This document shows positions 29,061 to 38,406 of a stretch of 64,000 nt of DNA, piece after piece. Under the pieces are notes generated by a model. It made no database searches. It saw only the letters and a list, made by a program, of their open reading frames with translations, and was not told where the DNA came from. The position numbers and the translations under genes were made by a program. Location of the stretch: positions 16,956 to 80,955 of the forward strand of contig SKKK01000168.1 in the NCBI GenBank assembly GCA_007121535.1, given 5' to 3'. Source of the DNA: Planctomycetaceae bacterium. GTDB lineage: Bacteria; Planctomycetota; Planctomycetia; Pirellulales; Pirellulaceae. Positions within the stretch are counted from its first letter, which is position 1. Each line of letters begins with the position of its first letter.

Positions 29061-29878
29061 TAAGTGGCCACACGCGGGAAGCGGCGCGTGATGGCCAGGA
29101 TCGATTCGTGCAGCGGCCGACTGCAGGCAAGCGTCTCGCCGGAATGGATGGTGGGTTGTCCCGTCCAGTCCGAGAACGCCCCGCCGGCTTCCTCGATGAT
29201 CGGTTGTAATGCTGCAGCATCCCATAGACTCATCACCGCGTCGATCATCACGTCGGCGCGGCCCGTCGCGACAAGGACATAACCGTAGCAGTCCCCCCAC
29301 GTCCGCGTGATGGCCGCTTGCTGCTCCAGTTGCCGATAGGCCTCGAATGCACCGCGTTGATCGAACAGATCGAGCTGCGAGGTGAGAAAGACGGCTTGGT
29401 CTAACGACGAGCATTCGGATACTCGAGCGGCGCGAGGCGGTGAATCACCGTGACAGTACCAAGCGCCCAGCCCCGAACCAGCATAGACGCATTCGCCCAA
29501 CGCCGGGATGTCGATCACGCCCACCACACTGCGGCCCGAGTGCTCGACGCCGACCAGCGTGCCGTACAAGGGGACTCCGCAGATGAACGATTTGGTGCCA
29601 TCGATCGGGTCCAAGATCCATCGATAACCCGAAGTGCCCGGTTGTTCGCCGAATTCTTCCCCGAGAATCGCATCCTGTGGAAAACGCTCGTTGATCCGTC
29701 GACGCAACAACTGCTCGGACTCCCGATCCGCCCGGGTGACCGGAGAACGATCCTGCTTGCGATCGACTTGCAGGTCCTCGCGTCGAAAATACTGCAACGT
29801 CAAACGTCCGGCCTCACGGGCAGCAGCCAACGCCAAGTCCAAGCGTTGCGGAACGGCAGATGAATCGTCGATCGTCAT
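29060..29878 (-). CDS. inositol monophosphatase family protein (SuhB/HisN-like)
   Basis: ILGEEFG...WILDPIDGTKSFI...WDAAALQPIIEEAGG. Confidence 0.9.
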   Translation of the reverse strand: MTIDDSSAVPQRLDLALAAAREAGRLTLQYFRREDLQVDRKQDRSPVTRADRESEQLLRRRINERFPQDAILGEEFGEQPGTSGYRWILDPIDGTKSFICGVPLYGTLVGVEHSGRSVVGVIDIPALGECVYAGSGLGAWYCHGDSPPRAARVSECSSLDQAVFLTSQLDLFDQRGAFEAYRQLEQQAAITRTWGDCYGYVLVATGRADVMIDAVMSLWDAAALQPIIEEAGGAFSDWTGQPTIHSGETLACSRPLHESILAITRRFPRVAT

Positions 29879-29950
29879 GAAAATCCCTTGGGGGGCGGTT
29901 CGCGTGAACGCCGGGCCGCCTCGAAAGGCCATCCCGACGTCGGATGTCGG

Positions 29951-30529
29951 TCAGGGGGCATGATCGGGCGCTTTGACGGATTCGCGAGTTTCGCCTGGGA
30001 CCGCTGGATCATCGGGCACGAAAGGCTTAATGGAATCCGTGGCTGTATCCGCCGAAGAGGACTCTGTGTCGGTTGATTCCACTTCCTCTGAGGGGCATTC
30101 GGGCGGATCGATTTCTGGAAGTGGGGCTACAGGCGGCGGCAGCAATTGCGACAGCTTGATCGATTCTAATTGGCGGCGAGCCGTGTCGGTTACATCCTTC
30201 AAGGCATCTTGCAGCTTCGCCTCGGTCGAAGGGGAGGCCACCGTCGACCAATTTCGAGATTCGCTGTCTAACGGGCCGTCGATGGCCTCGATCACCTCGA
30301 GCAACGAGATCTGATCTGCGGGTTTGGTCAACGAATATCCGCCATCCACACCACGGGTGGAACGCAGGATGCCGTGCGTGACCAGTACACGAAGAATCTG
30401 CAGCAAAAAACGCTCGGGCATCTCGCCCTCGGATGCGAGCCGACTGCACGGAACGGGGGTTGCCGAATCACTCTGAGCCAACTGAAGTGTGGCTCGCACC
30501 GCATAAGAGACGGTCCGCGAAAGCTTCAT
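29951..30529 (-). CDS. Rrf2 family transcriptional regulator with acidic C-terminal extension
   Basis: MKLSRTVSYAVRATLQLA...ERFLLQILRVLVTHGILRSTRGVDGGYSL. Confidence 0.85.
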   Translation of the reverse strand: MKLSRTVSYAVRATLQLAQSDSATPVPCSRLASEGEMPERFLLQILRVLVTHGILRSTRGVDGGYSLTKPADQISLLEVIEAIDGPLDSESRNWSTVASPSTEAKLQDALKDVTDTARRQLESIKLSQLLPPPVAPLPEIDPPECPSEEVESTDTESSSADTATDSIKPFVPDDPAVPGETRESVKAPDHAP

Positions 30530-30709
30530 CTTTACGCCTGCTTTGCTAGTTGACCGCCGCACTGCCCCCGGATGACTTTTCCCAGTCTGCCCACTCCGAC
30601 TAACATGCAGCAATCAGTACCTCTTGCATCATTGTCAAGCTTTACCGAGCCGTCAGATATAACAAACTCTCGCAGAATGTCAATCAACAACAGCAGAAAG
30701 CCAGCTCGA

Positions 30710-31312
30710 TTATGAAGCAGTCTTGGCGGGTGGAGCCGTCTGGGCAGGCGGTTCTTTCTGCAGGAAGCCGTGACATATCAGCAGGAAAGCGCCAAAGACC
30801 AGCAGCGAATCGGCGATATTGAAGTTAGGCCAGGTAAAATCCTGATAACGCAACAGGATCCAATCTCGGACTTCGTTCCGCCATTGCCCGGGATATTCGG
30901 GATTCTGCCAGAGCCCCAGGCGGTCGTACAGATTGCCACCGATCCCGCCCATCACACTGCCCAAAGCGATCGTCAGCATCCAATCATGAGCGGCCCCCAG
31001 CCGAAAAAGCCAAAAGAGAATTCCGATGGCGGCCACGATCGATAACGCTGCGAACACATAGCCGAAACCCGAACCAATTCCGAAGACCGCACCATCATTC
31101 AGGGCGGTCTCGACTCCGACGTACCCTTCGATCAGCCACCACTGATTATCGAACTTGGGCATTCCTCGCCATTGAAATACCCAGTGCTTGGTGACGAGAT
31201 CCGCGATGCAACCGAAAACGGCTAGCGCAGCGAAAACGAGGTATCGATTCCGCGGTACGGGACTCAGCTCAGAGGTCTCCGTTGCTTTCGCGCTTACTGG
31301 CACATTTGACAC
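30710..31312 (-). CDS. lspA: lipoprotein signal peptidase II
   Basis: ...ALNDGAVFGIGSG...FNIADSLLVFGA. The 5' end overlaps the upstream DksA/TraR-like gene. Confidence 0.9.
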   Translation of the reverse strand: MSNVPVSAKATETSELSPVPRNRYLVFAALAVFGCIADLVTKHWVFQWRGMPKFDNQWWLIEGYVGVETALNDGAVFGIGSGFGYVFAALSIVAAIGILFWLFRLGAAHDWMLTIALGSVMGGIGGNLYDRLGLWQNPEYPGQWRNEVRDWILLRYQDFTWPNFNIADSLLVFGAFLLICHGFLQKEPPAQTAPPAKTAS

Positions 31313-31649
31313 AATACGGCGTAAAGGGGATGGCGTTCAAGCGGGTTTTGGGGATGATTCGTCCACATTCAGCACAATCACCATAGGTTCCTGACTCGAT
31401 TCTTTCAAGAGCACCTTCGATCGCTTCGAGCGTGTGTTCTTCGTTTTCCAACAGAGACAAAGTGAATTCCTGTTCGTAATTGTCGGTACCCACATCAGCC
31501 ATGTGGATCGGCATCATCGAAAGATCACCCGATGCCTCGGCTCTGGTCTTGTGCAATGCCGCTTCGGCCATGGCGTGAACGTCACCCCGTAACCGCGCCC
31601 GCAGCGACAGCAGGCGTTCCTTGTAGTGTTTTGCGTCTGTCTTCTTCAT
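31269..31649 (-). CDS. DksA/TraR family C4 zinc-finger protein
   Basis: MKKTDAKHYKERLLSLRARL...CAECGRIIPKTRLNAIPFTPYCVKCA. GGAGAC RBS before ATG 31649. Confidence 0.85.
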   Translation of the reverse strand: MKKTDAKHYKERLLSLRARLRGDVHAMAEAALHKTRAEASGDLSMMPIHMADVGTDNYEQEFTLSLLENEEHTLEAIEGALERIESGTYGDCAECGRIIPKTRLNAIPFTPYCVKCASKRESNGDL

Positions 31650-31726
31650 GGTCGGTCTCCCCAATATGGGCATTCCGTATTGTTGCTCAGCGGTGCTGGA
31701 TCTGCCAGAACCCAATGGCTTTTTTT

Positions 31727-32323
31727 TCAAATCTCAGGAAGTATACGCAGGCAACTGCGAGGTGTCAAACTGCCGATAACTGCATTCGACCAAACTTTTG
31801 AGACCAGCCGCATGCATCGATAGCAGAACCGGCTTAAACGAAAGATAAGTCGCTGAATAGCCCTTGATTGACTGCATATAACAAGCGGTTTATAGATACC
31901 CTGCATGGTTATCGTCGTTAAGCCTCTTATAATGGATTTTGTGTAAAGTTGCGGATCAATCGTCGGCAACGGACAATTCTCTGGTTCGTCGACGGATTCG
32001 CCCTGTGACCAGCAACACCTTTCGTCGCTGTTGGGCCAAGTGAGGATTGCTTCGCTCGGCTCATCATGTTCCCGCAACCCGAGCAATGGGCCTTCGATCT
32101 TTACATGCACCCACGCCTCGCGGGAGTCAATGAGCTTCGTGCGGTCAACGCGGATTTGATCGCGACCGGGTACGTCCGTAAGAATGCTGTCGATGACATC
32201 CGCGGTTTCCGCGTCAATGAATTCCGCGCACCATCCTCCCCACTTTGGGCCGGTGAAGTGCGAGAGCAGTCGTTCGCACTTGTCGCTATGCTCACCGGCG
32301 AAGGGAACAAGATAGCCCTCCAT
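31727..32323 (-). CDS. hypothetical protein (3' third doubtful)
   Basis: ORF from MEGYLVPFAGEHSDKCERLL.... The distal part crosses a stretch that looks AT-rich by eye, with odd composition. No family recognised. Confidence 0.35.
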   Translation of the reverse strand: MEGYLVPFAGEHSDKCERLLSHFTGPKWGGWCAEFIDAETADVIDSILTDVPGRDQIRVDRTKLIDSREAWVHVKIEGPLLGLREHDEPSEAILTWPNSDERCCWSQGESVDEPENCPLPTIDPQLYTKSIIRGLTTITMQGIYKPLVICSQSRAIQRLIFRLSRFCYRCMRLVSKVWSNAVIGSLTPRSCLRILPEI

Positions 32324-32404
32324 TTGAGCCGGCAGGCATGACCACCCGTCTGGTTCCGATAGACGATGTTGGTTGACGCCGGGACGACTTCGCATGCGCC
32401 GGGA

Positions 32405-32659
32405 TTATTCCTCGAACCGGCGACGCATTTCCTCGCGCGAAATCGCGCCCTCGGCTCGGACCCGCGACCGCGAACGTTCAATTAGGTCCAGAAATCCACG
32501 GTTCGTGCTCAATGAAACCGTTTCGAGGTCTGCGTTTTCGATAGGTACAAGTGCGGCGACCGGCTGGCCATGGCTCGTCACCACGACGGGACCGCTGTCA
32601 ATCCTTGACGCATAGTCCGCAAGGGAATCAGTCGCCTGGGTCTGCTCGATGACCTTCAT
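32405..32659 (-). CDS. Phd/YefM-type antitoxin
   Basis: MKVIEQTQATDSLADYASRIDSGPVVVTSHGQPVAALVPIE... is a typical prevent-host-death antitoxin fold sequence. Confidence 0.8.
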   Translation of the reverse strand: MKVIEQTQATDSLADYASRIDSGPVVVTSHGQPVAALVPIENADLETVSLSTNRGFLDLIERSRSRVRAEGAISREEMRRRFEE

Positions 32660-32867
32660 AGCTGGATCTCCTTCCCGCCAATCAGAACGCGGTTCCCGGC
32701 CTTGACGCCAACCGCCAGAATTGTCACAACGGCCTCCGGTTCCTCGGCAACTTCATAGTATACACGAAGAACTCGTCAACGGCACTGAAAATCATCGCAC
32801 GCTGCCGAGCGGTCAGCGATCGGAGGTGTTCATCGGTGGCAGGCGAGTACTCGATTCGGTAAGGCAA
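32656..32867 (-). pseudogene. decayed RelE/ParE-like toxin (frameshift/internal deletion) overlapping the antitoxin start
   Basis: My own minus-strand translation. One frame gives (L)PYRIEYSPATDEHLRSLTARQRAMIFSAVDEFF. A second frame continues RVYYEVAEEPEAVVTILAVGVKAGNRVLIGGKEIQL*. Its TGA overlaps the antitoxin ATG (ATGA). Confidence 0.5.
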
Positions 32868-33092
32868 ATCAGCAACACCTCCGTCATGTGTTTCGTTCTC
32901 ACGTCACCATGACGATACAGGGTGGCAGTGTCAAAGGCCAGTACGCAATGCCATCATGGCGGAGGCCGCCCGATGAGCCGACCTGTTCCTTGTTTGGATC
33001 GCAACTCGATTCTGAGCACAAAGACGACACTCATCGAACGAAGCACGATCAATGTTGTGCCAGAACGGTCCAGATCAACGTGGGCTCGATGG

Positions 33093-34757
33093 TCAGCGGA
33101 TGACCTTGCTGGCCCAAACGGCAAGTTTTTCACGCGAGATCTTGGCGTTGTGGCGGATGTCCACGGGCAGACTGCGGTGAAGCAGGATGGTCTGAACCTC
33201 GCGTGTCAGCGGGTGGGAACTGGCCAGTTCGCGGAGTTCTTGCACTAGCTGCTGACGCTGTTGGGAATTGGTGGGAAATCGTTTGGGCCAAGGTTCTACG
33301 ACGAAGATCGGGATATGCGTGCCGGGGGTTCCCACGCCGACTAGCGCGGAACGATAGACGGCTTCGTGATTGTTTAAGATGGCCTCGCACGGAACGGAGT
33401 ACATGGGGCCGTTGGCGGTCAGTACGCGATGGGCTTTGCGTCCGCAGAACCACAACCGATCGTCCTCGTCCAGGTAGCCCAAATCGCCGATCCGATGCCA
33501 GAATCGATCACCATCAGCGATCTTATGCAGAGCGTTCGCCTGGGTGCCGGTCACATACTCCGTCGTGACCACGGGGCCCTGCACAATGATCTCGCCGATC
33601 TGCCCTTGCGGCAATGGCCGTGCTTGGTCGATGGTCGCGATCGGGCCTTCTTCGATCTGGATAATCTTCCATTCGATTTGGGGAAAACGCCGCCCGACGC
33701 AGGTGCCTGCCCCGTCCTGGCTGCGCGCGGCGGTCTCCGAGAGAACTTCGCTGGCCGAAATCGATGCCACAGGCAACGACTCGGTGGCTCCGTACGGGGT
33801 ATGGATATCACCGTCGGGGTGAATGACGTTTTTCAAGCGTCGAAGCACGTGCGGTGGTACGGGCGCCCCTGCCGACAGGACGCGTTTCAACGTGGGCAGA
33901 CGAATGGAATGTTCTTCGCAGTAACGCCCCACGACATTCCACAACGCGGGCGAGCCGAATGATTGCGTCACCTGCCATTGGCGTATGGGTTCGATGATGT
34001 TGCGTGGGTCGACGGTGGCGGGGCGAGTCGGATCCATGTAGGGGACGATGGTGGTGACGCCCATGGCGCAATTGAAGAGGCCGAACAAGGGGAATCCCGC
34101 CAAGTCGATCTCGCCGGGCTGGATGGCGTAGAAATCGCGTAGTTCTTCGACTTGACAATCGAAGTTGCCATGGCGGTACAGCACGCCTTTGGGTGGACCG
34201 GTACTGCCGGTGGTGAAGATGATCGCAGCCGGATCGTGTGCCCGGGTCGGCATCGGCTGGAAGTCGTCGCTCAGTTTCCGCTGTCGCAGATCGGTCAAGG
34301 TGGGGCCGCCCCAGAACCAGCGCCGTCCGACGGTGACGTGAAAACGGGATCGAGGAAAGCGCCCCCGGAACAGGCAACGAACGGTGTGGGCCAACGGGAT
34401 GGCGACAAAACCGTCCGGCGCGACTTCCTGCAAGCAACGGATCAGAGCCGCGCGTCCCATTCCCGGATCGATCAACACGCAAACAACACCGGCCTTGAGC
34501 ATGGCGAAAACCAGTGAGATGAAATCGATTCCCGGCCGGACCATCAAAACCAATCGCATTCCGGGTTGGACACCCATATCCCGCAACCCGTCGGCCACCA
34601 AATTGCTGTCGTCTTCCAGTTGCTGGAACGTGCATTGCCGATACGGGCGGGCTCCTCGGATGCCGGGCTTGCCGGCCTGGATCACGGCGATGCCAGCGGG
34701 GTTGCGTTGGGCGGTCTGAGCCAAACGCCGACCGACATTGACCACTTGATCCATCAT
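33093..34757 (-). CDS. AMP-dependent synthetase/ligase (fatty-acyl-AMP/CoA ligase family)
   Basis: AAIIFTTGSTGPPKGVLYRHGNF (AMP-binding motif), ...TPYGATES..., GDLGYLDEDDRLWFCGRK. ATG 34757 overlaps the upstream stop codon (ATGA). Confidence 0.9.
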   Translation of the reverse strand: MMDQVVNVGRRLAQTAQRNPAGIAVIQAGKPGIRGARPYRQCTFQQLEDDSNLVADGLRDMGVQPGMRLVLMVRPGIDFISLVFAMLKAGVVCVLIDPGMGRAALIRCLQEVAPDGFVAIPLAHTVRCLFRGRFPRSRFHVTVGRRWFWGGPTLTDLRQRKLSDDFQPMPTRAHDPAAIIFTTGSTGPPKGVLYRHGNFDCQVEELRDFYAIQPGEIDLAGFPLFGLFNCAMGVTTIVPYMDPTRPATVDPRNIIEPIRQWQVTQSFGSPALWNVVGRYCEEHSIRLPTLKRVLSAGAPVPPHVLRRLKNVIHPDGDIHTPYGATESLPVASISASEVLSETAARSQDGAGTCVGRRFPQIEWKIIQIEEGPIATIDQARPLPQGQIGEIIVQGPVVTTEYVTGTQANALHKIADGDRFWHRIGDLGYLDEDDRLWFCGRKAHRVLTANGPMYSVPCEAILNNHEAVYRSALVGVGTPGTHIPIFVVEPWPKRFPTNSQQRQQLVQELRELASSHPLTREVQTILLHRSLPVDIRHNAKISREKLAVWASKVIR

Positions 34758-36094
34758 CTCGGCTCCTCCACCAGGCGAGCGTTCAGCCATAACGCGTGAT
34801 CCTGCACGTCACCGCGCTCGCCCATGTCGACGATCAGCACCATGGCCTGGGCTCCGCGAGTGTCGAGCGAGATCGGTCGAGGCGCATCGCCGCTGCGCAC
34901 CGGAGGGCTCTCCCAGGCCGTCTGCCAGCCGCCTTGTCCATCGTTGAACAGCACGCGGAACACCACGCTACCGCTGGGACCGGCCGAATCGTCCAGGGCG
35001 ACCTCGGCGGCAAACCGCTGATATCGGCCGCGCAGCGGGTATGCAACTCGCGATGCACTGGGTACGGCGATCCCTTTGGCGTACAACTTGCCGCCGGCTC
35101 GCAAGGCACCACCCAGCAAGTTCCGATCGAGTCCTTTCGGAACGGTCCGAGCCAGCAAGGGGATATGCTTGTAACCGACAGATTCCAGGTCCGACAGATA
35201 GACGATGCCGGCGCCCAAAGGCTGGACCAGGACGGTCAGCTCCCAAAGTGATGGAGGGTCGATGGTCAATTGGATGTCACTTGCCAATGTCAGCCGCGCG
35301 ATGCGTTCGGAGAGTTCGATTTTCCGAGCGTGCAGCCGCGTACCATCCGCCAGGCCCAGCAGCGTGTAGGAAACGGGTGTCGCGATGCGTTGAGCTTGCG
35401 ACGAACTGAAAGCCAACGCGGTGATCTTTTCCAATTCGATCCGCAACTCGCGGTCTCGCGTGACGAAGACCAGGCTGATCAAGAGTTCCCCCGGTCCGAT
35501 CTCTTCCTGGACCAGTCGCCGGGCGCTACCCGCGATCACATCGCCGTTTTCCAGCCACAAGCGATGATCGTCCCCCTGGAAATCGTCGATCTGCCGACGA
35601 ACGCGATCGCGTTGCAGGGGATCGACGGACGGATTGAAGATTACGCCACGGACTTGATTCTTCGGCAACGAAACGTCACCCCACAAGTTGGAAAAGATTT
35701 CCAACCGATCTTCGTCGAATTGCTCCACGTCGCCGATCAGCCAGGAGCCGTCGGCCAAGATGATCTGAGGCCCGCGGTCGCTGTCGCGGAACGCCCCCCA
35801 CGCGACAAGCTGCCCGACAGGGACATGATGGACCTGGTCCTCGGATCGCACGACGACATCCCAACTCGGCTCGATCCGCTCCAGCGAAGCCGGGAAACGG
35901 GCGTCGTGTTGCACGAGTTGTGGGGTCGCAGGTTCGCGCTGGGCTCGAACCGGCCCAGCAGCAAGCAGCAGAAAGACTCCTGCGATCGTCACCACGTCGC
36001 GCGAATGCATCGCAATGGCTGCTGGAACATCGCCGAGGATCGGTCGTCCAATCGCTTCGTCGTGGGCATCGTGCTGTTGGCCGCTATGGAACAT
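34754..36094 (-). CDS. NPCBM/NEW2 domain-containing secreted protein
   Basis: C-terminus YLSDLESVGYKHIP...GLDRNLLGGALRAGGKLYAKGIAVPSASRVAYPL...FAAEVALDD matches NPCBM-type modules. Confidence 0.8.
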   Translation of the reverse strand: MFHSGQQHDAHDEAIGRPILGDVPAAIAMHSRDVVTIAGVFLLLAAGPVRAQREPATPQLVQHDARFPASLERIEPSWDVVVRSEDQVHHVPVGQLVAWGAFRDSDRGPQIILADGSWLIGDVEQFDEDRLEIFSNLWGDVSLPKNQVRGVIFNPSVDPLQRDRVRRQIDDFQGDDHRLWLENGDVIAGSARRLVQEEIGPGELLISLVFVTRDRELRIELEKITALAFSSSQAQRIATPVSYTLLGLADGTRLHARKIELSERIARLTLASDIQLTIDPPSLWELTVLVQPLGAGIVYLSDLESVGYKHIPLLARTVPKGLDRNLLGGALRAGGKLYAKGIAVPSASRVAYPLRGRYQRFAAEVALDDSAGPSGSVVFRVLFNDGQGGWQTAWESPPVRSGDAPRPISLDTRGAQAMVLIVDMGERGDVQDHALWLNARLVEEPR

Positions 36095-36096
36095 GA

Positions 36097-37719
36097 TCAG
36101 ATCGGAAGTTTGATTTCACGTCCTTCGGAATCGCGACAGTCCAGTTCCAGGTGTTCCGGAAACAGGCCCTCGCTGCCGAGAATCTGCACGGTCATCCGGC
36201 CTTCTTCTTCCAGCAGCGTGATCTCGCGCCGTTTGCGATTGTTCAGATACGACGCCACCTCGTCGTTGACTCGCACCGTGACGCGGCAGGCGTTGGGCTG
36301 CTGGCTGGCCAGCATCAGCATGCGGATGACTTCGATGGCCATACTCTCCGCCGTCTTCACGACACCTCGACCGTTGCAGCATGGGCAATCCGTGTAGACG
36401 CTGCGTTTCAGACTGGGGCGGATGCGTTGCCGAGTCATCTCGATCAGGCCGAACGGGCTGGTGCGCAGGATTTTGGTGCGAGCCCGATCGCGGCGCATGG
36501 CATCCCGCAGCGCACGTTCCACGGCGCGGCGATGTTTTTCACGCCGCATGTCGATAAAGTCGTTGACGATCACCCCGCCCAGATCCCGCAAACGCAGTTG
36601 CCGCGCGATCTCGCGGGCCGCGGCCAGATTGAGTTGGTAGGCGGCCTCTTCGGCCGTATCATCGATTCGGAAGCTGCCGCTGTTGACGTCGATCGCCACC
36701 AACGCCTCGGTCTGGTCGATGACGATCGATCCTCCCAAACGCAAGGGGACTTCGCGCTTGTAAATGCGGCTGATCTCGCTTTCCAGCTTGTACTTGTGGA
36801 ACAGCGGTTCCTTGCCTTCGTAGCAGTGCAAGCGATGGACGTGGCGGGGCATGACCAGTTGCAGAAAATCCCGCGCTCGTTCGTAGGCTGCCTGCTGGTC
36901 GACGTAGATGGCATCGACGTCCGTGGTGCACATGTCACGGATCGTGCGAATGATCATGTCGCTTTCTTCGTAGATGTCCAGGGGTCCGGCATCTTTCTTC
37001 AGCCGCCGGACGATGACCTTCCACAAACGCAGCAGATACGCCAGATCCCGCGACAATTCCTTCTTCGTGCGTCCCGCACCCGCTGTACGAACGATAAACC
37101 CGAGCCCTTTCGGCGGGTTCAGTTCGAGCATCGTATCCCGCAGCTTTCGGCGTTCGTCTTCTTCGGCGATCTTCCGCGACACGCCCACGCGTCCCAACGC
37201 GGGCATCAGCACCAGGTACCGACCGGGGATGCTGATGTACGTGGACAGCGTCGGTCCTTTGGTGCCGATCCCTTCCTTGATCACCTGGACCAGAACCTCG
37301 TCGCCGCGGCGGAAGATCTCTTGCAGCGGTGGTTTGAAACGAGGCCGATGACCGGTCCGATTGCTCCGCGGGCGTCGTTGCGTCTGATGATGGTGGTCGT
37401 CGTCGTCGCCGACATCCAGGTCGTCGCGGCGCGAACCGCCCCCGGGAGGATCGACGCCCGCCGGATCGAAACCGCCTTGGCGGAAGTATTGCGGTTCGAC
37501 GTCACTGATGTGCAGAAAGCCGTTGCGGCCGACGCCGAAATCGACAAAAGCCGCCTGGATGCTCGGCTCGATATTGACGATTTTCCCTTTGTAAATGTTT
37601 CCTACATAGTTGTCCTGGCTGGCTCGTTCGACATACAGCTCTTCCAGGATTCCGTCTTCAATGATCGCGATCCGGCATTCCTCCGGCTGCGACACATTGA
37701 TCAGCATTTCCTTTCTCAT
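36097..37719 (-). CDS. rng: ribonuclease E/G family protein
   Basis: ECRIAIIEDGILEELYVERASQDNYVGNIYKGKIVNIEPSIQAAFVDFG (S1 domain), ...IVIDQTEALVAIDVNSG..., CPCCNGRG. Confidence 0.95.
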   Translation of the reverse strand: MRKEMLINVSQPEECRIAIIEDGILEELYVERASQDNYVGNIYKGKIVNIEPSIQAAFVDFGVGRNGFLHISDVEPQYFRQGGFDPAGVDPPGGGSRRDDLDVGDDDDHHHQTQRRPRSNRTGHRPRFKPPLQEIFRRGDEVLVQVIKEGIGTKGPTLSTYISIPGRYLVLMPALGRVGVSRKIAEEDERRKLRDTMLELNPPKGLGFIVRTAGAGRTKKELSRDLAYLLRLWKVIVRRLKKDAGPLDIYEESDMIIRTIRDMCTTDVDAIYVDQQAAYERARDFLQLVMPRHVHRLHCYEGKEPLFHKYKLESEISRIYKREVPLRLGGSIVIDQTEALVAIDVNSGSFRIDDTAEEAAYQLNLAAAREIARQLRLRDLGGVIVNDFIDMRREKHRRAVERALRDAMRRDRARTKILRTSPFGLIEMTRQRIRPSLKRSVYTDCPCCNGRGVVKTAESMAIEVIRMLMLASQQPNACRVTVRVNDEVASYLNNRKRREITLLEEEGRMTVQILGSEGLFPEHLELDCRDSEGREIKLPI

Positions 37720-37752
37720 AGACCTGATTCTTTATCCGTGAAAGTTGTACGG

Positions 37753-38406
37753 TTACCCCTCGATTTCCACCTCGCTTCTCGTCAGGCATACGCCCTCTTG
37801 CTGCAGATCGTCCAAGCCCAAAGCCTGCAAGACGTGCCGAGGCGAGAAGCCTCCCTGCAGGTTGCCTTGCAAGCGGAATTGGAGCGTTCCTGATTGGAAA
37901 TCAAGCTGGTCCAGGCCGCTGGCCGGCGAGTTGCCCTGCCGATCGCCCGTGGGCTGGATCCAAAACGACGGTTGTTTCTCAAGCTCTTGGATGCGCGCTT
38001 CCAGCGCTTCATGCCGCGCGTGGGGAATCGGCATCCGATAGGTGACTTGTCGAAGCCGAGCCTTGCGCTGGTGCGGCTGCAAACACCGGACTTCCGTCAG
38101 GTGCAACCCCTCCGGAGCCTGTTCTGCCAGACGGCGCGAGATCTCTTCCGCAGCCAACGGCTCGGCCAATTCAAATTCCATGACTTCATCCCATCCCTCG
38201 ACGCCCAACGCCAGAGCGGACGGAAAGGTCATGCGCGCTTTGGGATGGAAACCTTCGCTCATTCCCAAACGCAGGCCCGCACGCCGCATCAGACGCTCGA
38301 AGACGCGTACCAAGTCCCGGTGGCTGATCCATCGCAGATCGCCCTGTTTTCGGAATCGTACGCGTATTCGTTGACGTAGCATCGGACAGTTAACTTCCAC
38401 GGTCAC
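37753..38406 (-). CDS. TIGR03936/DUF2344 (radical-SAM-associated) protein
   Basis: RIRVRFRKQGDLRWISHRDLVRVFERLMRRAGLRLGMSEGFHPKARMTFPSALALGVEG. Confidence 0.85.
   Translation of the reverse strand: MTVEVNCPMLRQRIRVRFRKQGDLRWISHRDLVRVFERLMRRAGLRLGMSEGFHPKARMTFPSALALGVEGWDEVMEFELAEPLAAEEISRRLAEQAPEGLHLTEVRCLQPHQRKARLRQVTYRMPIPHARHEALEARIQELEKQPSFWIQPTGDRQGNSPASGLDQLDFQSGTLQFRLQGNLQGGFSPRHVLQALGLDDLQQEGVCLTRSEVEIEG

Noticed and set aside
36151-37893. 580-aa ORF on the plus strand
   Set aside because: It is entirely antisense to the well-supported RNase E/G gene. Its translation is Arg/Ala/Gly/Asp-rich with no motif. This is a typical high-GC shadow ORF.
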